The notes below the pieces were generated by a model. It was not told the origin of the DNA. It saw only the letters and a list, made by a program, of their open reading frames with translations, and did not search any database. A program made the position numbers and the translations under genes. DNA of 64,000 bases from Takakia lepidozioides. Taxonomy: Eukaryota; Plantae; Bryophyta. This document shows, piece by piece, positions 14,101-24,866 of the stretch (the first letter of the stretch is position 1; every line of letters starts with the position of its first letter). The stretch lies in NCBI GenBank assembly GCA_030704615.1, contig CM060731.1:93620001-93684000 (forward strand), in the 5' to 3' direction.

Positions 14101-15539
14101 TAACCGGTTAATTTTTTATCCATCAGGAATCGAACTGTAGGGTGTTGGAAGTAACACACCCTGGTCGTATGGTCTCAGCAAGAGCCTCTGCTGAGAAATC
14201 CTTCAACATTATCAAACTGCTGCGTTCAAAGGTTTCCGCCAAAAAGGCGCAATCCCCCTCGGAGTCTGAGGGCAGGGGCGAGGGATCTGCTGGGGGTGAC
14301 GGTATTGTGGAGTCTTCACCAGTTACACACGCTCGTTCTGAAAGAAGTCAAGGTCGCCAGGAGTGGTCAAAAATGTCCCGCGACACCAACTCTCGAAAGG
14401 ATTTACTAACGTAACCAGATACAGCCGGAAATAGACCTGTGCAGTTGGAGGAAGATGAAGATGACAGTGAGACTGAATCCAACAGCGTGCAGCAGAGCCC
14501 AATGTTTCATAACCCATTTATCTAGCATTCGACTGGAGTGCATGTACGCGATGTGGAGTCAAAAAATATTTCGCCAGACAGGCAAGCCAGAGGCCGGCGG
14601 ACGATAGGTGGTACGCTTCAGTTCTCCCCGGAACCAATATCCTCAAGGCCCCTGAATATCTCAACTCGTCAGCTGTATAATCCTCAGATCGATGCAAGAG
14701 TGCGAGTCAACGTGGGCATGCACAGGGAAATTATCAATATTCATGAGGACGAAGTGGTCAACAGGGTTGAGTCAGCATTTCATTCTAGAGGGCCAACGAA
14801 TGCCTCCATTGACTTTACTTCCCAAGTCCAATATACAGGTGGGGATAGGCTTCTTGCGATGTCGGACTTTTCTAAGATGACACCCAGTCAAGTCGACTTC
14901 GTTCTTTCCGCAGACCTTATCATGGGAGGTCTCCCGTTCTCCAGGGCTCGGCGGCCGGCACTGCAACCATGCTTGTTGTCATCTCCTGGTGGAGCACCGG
15001 TTCCCACAATCACTCCAACTTTTTTACGTCCACAAGACCTCCCAGTAACCGAGGACATCACATCTGCAGGAACCACACCAGTCGCCGAACAAGACGATGC
15101 ATATCTGAGGCAATCACAGCTGTCTACAGTGGAGAACCTCACCCAATCCCAGACCCAGACAAGGACAATGGAAACAGAGCTTCCCACTCCACAGCTACTT
15201 CATGGTGTTAGCAATACACAGCTCATTGTCACTCCTGCCAATCCGTTGCCGACACAATTCCCAATAACCGAGGACATCACATCTGCTGGAAACACACAAG
15301 ATCTCGTTCGAAATCCTGACACTTTAAGGCAGTCACAGCTGTCCTCCATCGACCACATCCCACAGACGCAGACATTGGAAACGGAGCTCCCTACTGGTGT
15401 TAGCATTCCCGCTGCCGAAGGAGTGCTCACGGATGGTGTCGTTGATGGGTTGAGGGCAATTGTTGACAGCTATTGTACCCCTTCGAACGTTGGATTATCT
15501 CCGGAGGATATCAGATATTGTGGAGGTTTCTATTGTTAA
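8178..15539 (+). pseudogene. E1 cargo: spliced ParB/Srx-like domain plus degenerate amino-methyltransferase-like domain plus low-complexity tail
   Basis: YRPL...TYFIIGGQHTLMAAQ (about 8950-9159) is ParB-like. GT-AG introns at about 9160-9289 and from 9545. NEIRSSAIDQVVETFCPEGSSVVNVYCGG (11250-11340) resembles MTase motifs X/I. A putative intron 11358-14126 rejoins in frame (ESNCRVLEV). Several stops and frameshifts. Confidence 0.6.
11495..13985. repeat. About 7 diverged copies of a 200-300 bp unit inside the long E1 cargo intron
   Basis: Recurring GTGATTA..CATTCAT / CACAAGACTTT / ACACTGGCGATG..ATCTAA.ATCTT / GATGATGGGTTGAAAGTGT at about 11500, 12290, 12580, 12960, 13250, 13590 and 13795, interleaved with palindromes. 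Confidence 0.8.
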
Positions 15540-16407
15540 TTCCTCTCCATCAAGGGGAGGTCTCTCTTCCTCTTCTTTTGGGAATACCTCAGCAACAGGG
15601 CAGTTGAACGTTAATGAGGATCGGGTTGAAGACTCTGGAGAGAATGATATCACCGTTGCTGCAGAGGCACTAACAAGAAATCCTCCAGAGGCTTTTGAGA
15701 GAACCCCAGTCAGAGAGAAAGGTTTGTACCTATTGATCACCTTGCTTGCTCTCCTTACAATTGAATTTAGGCTGCTTTTGTTCCCTATCTTCAATCCTCA
15801 TGTATTTGTTTCAAATCAATTGTAGGAGCGCGTGGCACGGCGTCGAAGAGTCTTGCGGAGATGTGCTCACTCAATACACTTTCTTACTTTACACCGATTG
15901 ACATCGTCTTGCTGCCTCTAACGAGACGTCGTTCTGTTTCAGCGGCGAAGAAGAGACGTAGGAAGTAGAGCCCGAGGAAGTATCCGGAGAGAATCACTCG
16001 ACAGACAAAGCAATGAGGCAGCAATGGAGAATTCCACCGAGGTGTGCGCTACCATTCCAATTAGTCATTCCAGTTTGTGTTTGCACATAGAAGTCAATTG
16101 TATATCATTCTTGATTTCATTAAGTTGAGACCTAACTAATCGTTCTTGTCTGTCAGCAAAGAGAAGGTGGAAGACGAAACCAAGCTCAAAGATCATTCGG
16201 GGATTTGTCCGCCGCCGAAATTGACAAGAATACACGGGAGACCTCCCGTCCCTTCCTTCCCACTTACAACATTTTGACTAATTTCCCGAAGCACAGACTC
16301 GGTTTTGTTAAGTCGCCATAAATTCTAGATTCATCTCCTACTTTACTACACATTAGTAATATAGCTGCCGATGGTCACATCCAAAGCTAACCGTCGAATC
16401 TTGACAA

Positions 16408-17283
16408 ATGGGTCATGACCATTTTCGAGCGAGCGCGACAGCAAATCTCTTGCGCCGGAAGACACGAGTGACGGCCTCCTCTGGAGGTCAAAGAAAGTTA
16501 ATCATTATGAGTGTTGTTGGTTTATTGTGCTATAAACCCAAGCCTGTTGGATCACAGAGGTTCCTTGAACATTTCCCTTGTGCCAAAATTCCCTACGATT
16601 GGGACAATGTTGTTCTTCGTCCGGGTCTTCTGGAATTTCTTGAACTTGCGTTCAACCATTACCATGTGAGTATATGGTCCTATGGAGTTCAACATATGGT
16701 TGAGGCTCTTCTTGCATATCTTCTCCCGAAGGATATGGTCAGGAAATTTTGCTTTATTTGGTGTCGGGATACTTGCACCAAGCTTCCTGCCTACATTGCC
16801 TCAACACAGCCGTTCTACATTAAAAACATTGTTGGTCTTTGGGAACACTTCGGGAGAAGTTGTAAGCCCTACGGCCTAAAAGACCAAACGCTTTTGATTG
16901 ATGATGAGCCCACTAAAGCCCTGAGGAACCTTTTGAACACTGGTTCTTACCCGAGATCCTTTGATGGCACTCTAACGCCGATCGTCAAGGAGGGGCGAGA
17001 TTCTTTTGTTGAGGATCTTGTTGAGGCTTTATGGCCATTCCTTTTTGAGATGATGTCATCTCCGACAGTTCAAGAGTACATGGAGGAGAATTACTGGAAG
17101 TGTGCAAATGTTCAGATGCCTGTCGATAGCTCTCACCCTGATTGGATTTGGCTAGCGAGATATGCAAATCCCCTAGGGATTACTGACCCTTGTGTGTTTT
17201 TAGGTATGTTCCCACCTCTTTGCTTTCAACTTCTTCTTTTTATGTCAACCGATGTGTCTTGGAGTAGCAGGTTAAGAGGTTAG
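16408..17283 (+). CDS. FCP1/SCP-like (NIF) HAD-fold phosphatase-like domain; catalytic DxDxT motif degenerate; possibly the last part of the E1 cargo transcript
   Basis: RKLIIMSVVGLL...VVLRPGLLEFLE...VSIWS...FIWCRDTC...IKNI...QTLLIDDEPTKALRN matches the NIF/FCP1-homology pattern (KLLVLDLNGLL, RPxxxxFL, IWS, TLLIDDxPxK). Confidence 0.75.
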   Translation: MGHDHFRASATANLLRRKTRVTASSGGQRKLIIMSVVGLLCYKPKPVGSQRFLEHFPCAKIPYDWDNVVLRPGLLEFLELAFNHYHVSIWSYGVQHMVEALLAYLLPKDMVRKFCFIWCRDTCTKLPAYIASTQPFYIKNIVGLWEHFGRSCKPYGLKDQTLLIDDEPTKALRNLLNTGSYPRSFDGTLTPIVKEGRDSFVEDLVEALWPFLFEMMSSPTVQEYMEENYWKCANVQMPVDSSHPDWIWLARYANPLGITDPCVFLGMFPPLCFQLLLFMSTDVSWSSRLRG

Positions 17284-19144
17284 AATGGGTCAGTAAGCAC
17301 GGGAGGTCTCCCGTCCCTGCTGCGCACCATGAATCTGGAAAGTATACTAATTTGTCTCATGGATTGGTTTATTTGTTCCAATCAAGGCCAAGCGTCGTAT
17401 AAAGTCAACATCCGACAAGAAGTAGGATGGACATACCACACCAACAGGCCAGGAAGGTCTCTGGAGATATATGAGTATTTATGAGGAGGAGATCTGCTGG
17501 CGAGCACAACGCCCTCAAACAGATGCAGAGCAATGGAATGTCCATCTAGGGAGATCTGGGATAAGAGTAGAATCCGCTATCCGTTCTTACTAGTCGGGTG
17601 ACAGTCTTCCACCAGTTGGGATATTGTAAATAATGTACATTGACAATGACGCTATTCTCTAAGCGCAAATTATGAATCCAAATGGTTCATTGTTTTTTAT
17701 TCATTTCATGTCAGATCGATGGATACCATGGCTGTGCTCTTTGTTCTATGTGTACTCTTTGTTCGGTTTTTAAATTCATTACTCATGTCGATATGAGAGG
17801 TATCACCACGGGAGATCTCCCCTATCTGACTATGTGCATGTTTTGGTTTCGTCATCACACCTGTCAGACTCTTTTAGACTAAAGAGCGTGAGTAAGGACG
17901 GGAGACCTCCCGTCCTCTTTGTCTTTCTATTTGTGCTTGTTCCTGTCAGACCCCTCATTCTCTTATGGCTTTGGTGGGTTATTGTAACTTGTGCATGTTT
18001 ACCCCTCAATTTAATTTGACTATGCCTGATGTGTATCGCTAATTGGGAAGGGAGACCTCCGGTCTGTCCTGGTCCACATGTGTTTTGTGTGTGGAGCTAT
18101 GACTTACATGAATGAAGAATAATCGGTTCACGGCCTTGCCTGTGACCTTGGAATCCGCTAGGTGGTTCTTATTTTTGGATGATGCTCTTGAGGAACCGGT
18201 ATGAGACTCACGATGATAGACAGAGAAAGACAGTCCTGTCGAAGGGCTGATGCATTGGAGCCGAACTGTTCGAATGAATTGGCTTCTATACAGACTATGT
18301 TCAGTATTGGTTTGTGTCGAAGACTATGGTTTTGGGTCCTATGGGATGGTGATGGTTGATTAGTGCCCATAGCCAGGGACCTCAATGGCTGTACAAATTT
18401 GGTTTGGTGCTGCTCTAATAAATTACTCTGGACATTTTGGGACGTATCTCGACGGGATGTCTTTCTATCTTACTATGTTCTAATCATAGATTGGGAGATC
18501 TCCCTTGCCTCAGTGGAGATGTCGAACTTGGGACAGCAGTCATAATTTTCCCATACTTCTGGAGTGACAATGTTTGGCATTTTTTGTAGGCTAATATTTA
18601 AAAAATGAAGCAACTGCGATTGGCAGGAGGTCTCCCGTGCTGCCCGTGAAACTGTAGAAAACTAGGATTTCAACTCATATTAGGGATGTGATCAGGGTAT
18701 GGATTCTCTGGTTGATTCCAGGGCAGGGAAGAGCAGAGAGATATAGACTTGATGGGAGGAGTCAACCCAGCATCCAGACCCAGGAGGGCCACAGCTTTCA
18801 GCATTGTCTCCAGCTTATTTAGTGAAGAAGTGTGTCGATGTTTGATTCTTTCAAAGACAACCTCTCCTTGAGCAGAGAACCAATTCCAATACCTCAGAGC
18901 ATATTTACTCCCCAAAGACCAGACCTGAGGCTCTTTTTCTCTGCTGGGGTAACTTGGGTGGCCTATTCCAAGGTACAGCAGCCCACACAGTAAGGTCATT
19001 TATTGAGCCTTTCAGTCCCACTTGCTCATGAAAGGTAAGTGTAAAAATTGTGCTGTGCTTGAGCCTGTCTTGGTTGGAGCAATATTTCCTCCGTGGCCTG
19101 GTCTCTGTCTCATCTGACTTATCACGGGGGTGAATTCTAAGAGA

Positions 19145-19281
19145 ATGTACTCATAGACGTTGTTTTCCATAGCCTTGTGGCCATTGACCCCCGTCCAGTT
19201 TGAGCGGAAATTCTGAGAGAGATTGTACTCATAAGTCGTTGTTTGCCGTAACCTTGTGGCCATTGACCCCGCGCGGAAAAC

Positions 19282-19316
<35 letters not shown>

Positions 19317-19840
19317 TAATTTTCTGGAATCTTTCACTAGCGTTCTTCATTAAGATAGAGGTCAATTAGGATCTGTTAAAGATCTAGGCTGAAGTTTTGT
19401 ACAAGACTGAGGCAATCAGGGAAAGTTCTCATGCCTTGCAGTTCTTGCTTGCAGGTCAAACGATGAGCATAGAACGGCCTCCGAGATCCTTCTCAGGGGT
19501 GGGACACCCGTGTCAACAAGGTGAGGCTATATCTGAAAAACTTTTTCAAGGACTGAAGCTGGCAGGATGATGTTTTGCGGATGGAGTGTATCTCCAGTTG
19601 CTTAAATTAATGACAATTTTGTCAATGCAAAATACAGTAAAACGTGTTCTAACTATTGATATTAGTCGGTTGTTTGAAAGATGATTGGAACTTTGGTGGC
19701 TGTAGACTGTTGGATGGGAGGCCATGGTAGAAGCCATGGCTGCTCAGCTATGCCCATCAACGGTTTTCACAGATTGTACTCATAAGACGTTGCTTGCCGT
19801 AGCCTTGTGGCCATTGACCCCGCGCCCAGTTTGAGCGGGA
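19145..19840. repeat. Three copies of an about 70 bp direct repeat plus an (AG)15 microsatellite at 19285-19314
   Basis: TGTACTCATA..CGTTG...CCTTGTGGCCATTGACCCC at about 19146, 19223 and 19774. Confidence 0.8.
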
Positions 19841-20099
19841 ACAAAAGGGACAGAACCTACCTCTGTCAGGGGCTGACGTTGGTAGTAAGACTTCCTCCAT
19901 ATATAGAATTAATCCGGGTTTTCCAGATATCCTCTAGAAATCCCTTCACACAAGCATCAATCTGCAGTGTGTGATTTGCCCAAAAACTAGGCCTCAGGAG
20001 GGCCTGGGCTTTTGGCTCAGCCTCGAGACTTTCAAAGTTGGTAAACAGGGGTACAGGCACAATACCCTTAATATTTGAAGAGACCGTCTCTTTGGTGAG

Positions 20100-21829
20100 A
20101 GAACCCCGGACAGTGTATCAAAAATGAATACTGTCTTCAGATTGCCCACACAACGGGCAATTGCACTCTCCCTTTCCTCTCTGCTTCTGTTTGCTGTTCA
20201 AAGGTAGGCTTCCTGCCCTGAGTTTAAATTTCAGTCTAGTGCCGAGAGTGGGTAGACCCTTGAGGTCATCCAAGATGTCCTCCCCCATGTCACAGACTGG
20301 AAACAAGTTCAGGGAAGTTTTCTGCCTAACTTCATTTTCATCAGACAATCTCATGGCAACAGACATGGCTGAGGACACTACAGCCTCTAAGTCAGATTTA
20401 TCCAGCAGGGTCAAGACTTGCAGATCCAGGTCCAGGTCCTTGAGGATCTCTTCTACTCTCTTCTGCCAGGACTTAGCCTGTTTGACAGGGCGGTCCTGTT
20501 TCCAAGATATAGAGTCGATTAACTTAGGATATCTGGTGTTGGGCATATGTTGCAGCTGACCCCACCATCTGACCCATCTCGTCGGGAGCTTAAGGACGGA
20601 ATGCCAAACTCACCCCGAACAGCCACATTGGCTGTTTTGGAGCATGGATTCTAGAGACTTAGCCTGGTTGGAGTTATCAACCCATATAGCAGATCCGTAC
20701 TCCAAGGCAGGTCTAATAACGCGACAAAGCATGGTTTTCTTAACCTCAGAGTTGACCCCTCTGCAGTGGAAAAATTTAGTGAGCCCCAGAGCTTTGCCCT
20801 TGCCAGTTGAACAACTTTCCGGATATGTGCATCCCAATTACAATTGAAGGAGAACTCAACGCCCAGGTAAGTGTAGGAAGGGAGGACCGGGATCTCTTGA
20901 CTACCCCACTGCCACTTAAGATCACTTCCTCCCTCTCCTCTGTCGTTGAATGCTACCACTGCACATTTGCTGACATTAGCCTCTAGCCCCCAAAGATCAA
21001 AGTATCTCTTCGCGCAATCAATCAACTCCTGGAGATTGGTTGGAGTCTCCCCTATGCCTGCGAAGTCATCCGCAAACATAAGGGCTGGTATGGTGGTATC
21101 ACCCACCCTTAACCCAAATCCCTCACTTTCCACATCCTCGAGGAGTTGATTGATGAAAAACATTGAAGAGCAGAGGGAGAGAGTACATCCTTGAGCTACA
21201 CCTTGGTCTATGTCAAAGAAGTTGGACTTCTGTCCGTTAACAGTGACACAGCTTTTGGTGTGAGCATACAAGTTGTGGACAACTCTCCACATCTTTCCCT
21301 TGATCCCACAAGACCAGAGGCGGAACCATAGGCCATCTCTCCACACTGTGTCATAAGCCTTTTTGACATCCAGGAAAAAGACATAAGTGGGTTTCCCTTC
21401 TTTTTTCCTTCCCTGGATAATCTGGCTTAGAGTGAAGATATGATCCACACAGCCCCTGTTTCGCCGAAAGCCAGCTTGGCCTTCGTGGAAACAACCTCTA
21501 GACTCCAGATCAACCTCGAGACGAGTACTTATAACTCTGCAGAATGTCTTGCTAACAGCATTGAGGAGCGTGATGCCACGGTAGTTCCCCGGTTCTTCTC
21601 TGTCACCCTTCTTGTATAGATTGACAATGACCCCCTGTCGCCAGCGAAAGGGGATCATTTCAGTCTTCCAGATAAGGTTAAAGAGGAGAACTAGGGCCTC
21701 TATCATGGGATCGCCACCGTGCTTGATAAGCTCGTTGACAATACCATCAGGTCCACCAGCTTTATATCCATTTAAATGTTCAATTGCTTCCACAATCTCA
21801 GAAGAACTAATGGGAGCATTATAAGCCAT
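20100..21829 (-). mobile_element. 5'-truncated non-LTR retrotransposon (LINE) ORF2: reverse transcriptase and C-terminal Cys-rich region
   Basis: KAGGPDGI, GNYRGITLL, QAGFR, FLDVKKAYD, GVAQGCTLS, LMFADD and YTYLGV RT motifs in 20651-21829; CPLC in 20118-20546; frameshifts. Confidence 0.93.
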
Positions 21830-21849
21830 TGAAATATACCATAGAGAGG

Positions 21850-24117
21850 GCTCGTACGATCAACCACCAAGGACAAATTGTCCTAGATGTAGGCAACGTA
21901 GAAAAGACTCAAACCTGTCTCGAGCCATGACCTCCCTAATGACTGGACAAGCATATCTCAGATGACTGACAATAACAGTGAGTACTGGGCAATTTTTTTA
22001 TGCCCATGAACAGACAGACCCCCACAAATGCTCGCACTTCAGGGACAGTAAGTGGCTTCCATGCGGGCCTACCCCGAGTCCCACTCTTCACTGTCTCTGC
22101 TGCATACATATTACTTTCTCTACAAATTCAAAGGAGCACATGTGGCCTCCAAAACAATTGAAAAAATGAAAGGACTATGGAACCAGACATGCTCGGCAGA
22201 GTGGCCCAGGTGCAGGCCCTGTGAAGGAACTTCGATCACTACAAAAGGTGGTATCCAAAGAACCCCAAGTTTTTGGACCAAACAATACCTCGAACAATGG
22301 TGTGCTCTCAGCAGGAGGGGGCTCAATGTCCACGTCACACGTTTCCCAATCGTCATCGCAAACAGAATCTCCTTCATACTCTTCCATAGGATCGACATCA
22401 TCCCCCTCATTCAAATTGCTGGCAAAATCGAAGGCAGGGAACTGGACAGGCTCTCAGAACTCGGCACACTCAGTGGACAACAAATGCCTCACACCCCGCT
22501 CTCCCATATCCACCACAAACATCTTCACAGGTCCAGGCATTTTGTCATATGTTTCCATGATACATCCAACTGCAAACTCACTCTCTCTCACACTAATTTC
22601 CTTTGTGGGTTCACGTAGACATGACAGATGCACCCTTACTCTCCACTCCCATGTGACAATTTGCCTTGGCTCTTGAGACTATGACTGGGAAGCCCCTGAA
22701 TTCTCTTGCCCTCCTTCTCCAAACCACTCTGGAATGTCACTCAAACTGTCTGTACCAAATTCCTCCCCAAAATTCAGGCAAGTGGGCTCCACTGCTTTCA
22801 AAGGGGACCTACAAAGATTCCGAAAAGAAAAACCAGCGGGCACATTGACATCCTCCACACAGGGTCCCACTTCACGTTGCAACCCGAAACCCACTGACCC
22901 ATCATAGTATTTTCTCCGCAACAGGGCCCTCGGACTCGGAGACCTCACAGTGGCAGGAATGGATCTCTTTGCACGAGTTGCCTGCTTCATTTGCTTGAGA
23001 GACGACATCAGGCCACAGGGTTTTCCTTAACAAATCCCTCAGGATTGCCCTCCTCTCTTCGCTCTTTCCAACCCAGAAGCAAGCCTACGTGCCTTCTAAA
23101 AAGGAAACGCCACAACAATCCGAAACATAATCACACAGTAAAGACGACAACCCTGGAGAGCAAAGACAATACCCTAAACTACATTACTCTACAATTCTCC
23201 CGCTAGCTCAAACGCAGGGCGCCGGTCTAGGCCCATCGCCTCGGAAGTGAGGACTAAATGCCCCATTGCAAGTACGCATAAGAGCTCGAAGAACCAGCTG
23301 CAACGAGGACGGCCAGTGCAACAAAGCCATATCGAGCTGTCGAGAGGAGAGAAAAAACCGGGAAGACGATGGCACCAAGGCCCATCGGGTGACGGGCTAC
23401 CACCCCTCTGCCCTCGAAGGGGGGCTGTCGCTGTCTGCACGGGCGGACATGCATCCGCCCCTCATAGCCAGGCCACACATGACGGATGCAAAGCCTTAAC
23501 GCAGTTCCCATAACGCAGGACCTTGGTGCGTAGCGGTGTCAGGCCGTCCCTAAACGCCCGGCGGGGCGTCCGCTCGACGTAGTTTTCTAACGCAAGAGAA
23601 CCTGCGTTATGCAGATGGAAGTGCGTTCCTTGAATGCTGCAACCTGTAGTAGGGCGCCACCAATGTGGGAAGGCGCCACGAGAGCAGGAAAAGGAGGAAA
23701 TAAGATTTCACTGACGTCACCCTCTGGCTTGTTGGATCTTAGCAACCAATCCCTGCTGTTGAAACTGGGTCCCAGCAAGGAAGGATGGGGCTTGTGTGGC
23801 CGCTCCCCTTGCAAGATTGGGAAGACGCCGTTCTCCGACGTGCGTCCTGCCAATGGAGGAAATGGTATGTGTGGCCTGCCATGTGGGCAGGTCAACTGTG
23901 CTGGAGGGCCGTGATTTTAGAGTACCCCCCCAAGGGTATAGAAAATCATAGCTGGCAAGGTTTTCATTTCTTAGGGGCACAATAAATTCACACATGTGCA
24001 GGAGGATTGCGTGCTCACTTTTCATTCGGGCACTTTTTCATCCGCTTTCATCCACAGAAGTTGTTCCATGGATGAAAACAGCATCGACCCGATTGGGATC
24101 AGCTCAGACCTTAGGGG
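21850..24117 (-). mobile_element. piggyBac-like transposon fragment (one terminus plus N-terminal half of the transposase)
   Basis: Minus strand reads WKPLTVPEVRAFVGVCLFMGIKKLP and YACPVIREVMARDRFESFLRCLH (about 21885-22060), typical of DDE_Tnp_1_7. Terminus ...CTTAGGGG|TTAA at 24117 resembles the end of the MITE at 31797. Confidence 0.75.
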
Positions 24118-24866
24118 TTAATAAGTGGGTTGTTAACAAGTATGTTGTTCTGAACAACCCACTTGTATTAGCAACTACGAAAGCATATTCGAGAGATTCT
24201 CTAATTTAAAGCATTTTTTTTGTAATGAATTTCATTGATGTTGTTAGGGGTGAAGGTGTGGTAAAAAAGTATGCACTTAGTCTTCACCCCGAACAACATC
24301 AAGTTGATGTTGTTGAGCAGGGTTTGTTAGGGTGGTTTGCGGTAAAAAAAGTATTCCATAATATCATTACTCTAAGCAGGTAGGTATTAAAAGCAATATG
24401 AGAAACAATCAACAATGAATGCAGAATCTTCAATGCACAGACATTTAGCACTTGTCTTCCTCTTCCTGGGTACATTCCATACAGCCTGTAGATAGCATCA
24501 ATCACCTTGCCTGCCAAGCTAATCAACATTTCCCACCATTATTCTACAGGAGACTTATAATGTTTTGAAAAACACGCCACCAGTTGCAATGTTGAGGAAC
24601 TACCAAATGACAGTCCTGCTAACAGGAAAAGCAACTATGTTCTAAAATGAAAAAAAATGCATCCGATGACTTGTGAGGTGGCATGCACAAAAATATATAT
24701 ACAGAAAGTGAAAAATGAGTTTACATCCCTAACACCAACGCAGATCATGATCATCGTGCTCAAAACTCCCTCTGGATCTTTTTGATCACCTCATTCACCA
24801 GCAACCAACACTTGAAATGCTCTTGGATAACTGCAATGCCACACAAAGGCAGCAGGCATGCCAAAA

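Larger units (their letters stand above)
218..18641. repeat. Dispersed 18-24 bp palindrome family CACGGGAG(AT/AC/GT)CTCCCGTG, roughly 45 copies by eye
   Basis: Perfect copies at 1146-1169 (TAGCACGGGAGATCTCCCGTGCTA), 1382-1401 and 4815-4834. Near-perfect copies at about 901, 4528, 4722, 5724, 5827, 6557-6770, 7935, 8027, 9164, 9556, 10092, 11413-11480, 12815-12905, 13194, 14030, 16233, 17299, 17807, 17898 and 18623. Confidence 0.95.
1..18645. mobile_element. Element E1: large decayed Sola/DUF7869-type DNA transposon with cargo genes (ends not resolved; left end probably outside the window)
   Basis: Transposase on - (1419-4426) is head-to-head with + strand cargo genes. The span is delimited by the private palindrome CACGGGAG-N2-CTCCCGTG, seen from about 218 to about 18640 and not noticed further right. 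Confidence 0.7.

Noticed and set aside
18670-19365. Short ORFs as the missing 3' half of the piggyBac or the end of E1
   Set aside because: No transposase motifs, TIR or TSD could be recognised.
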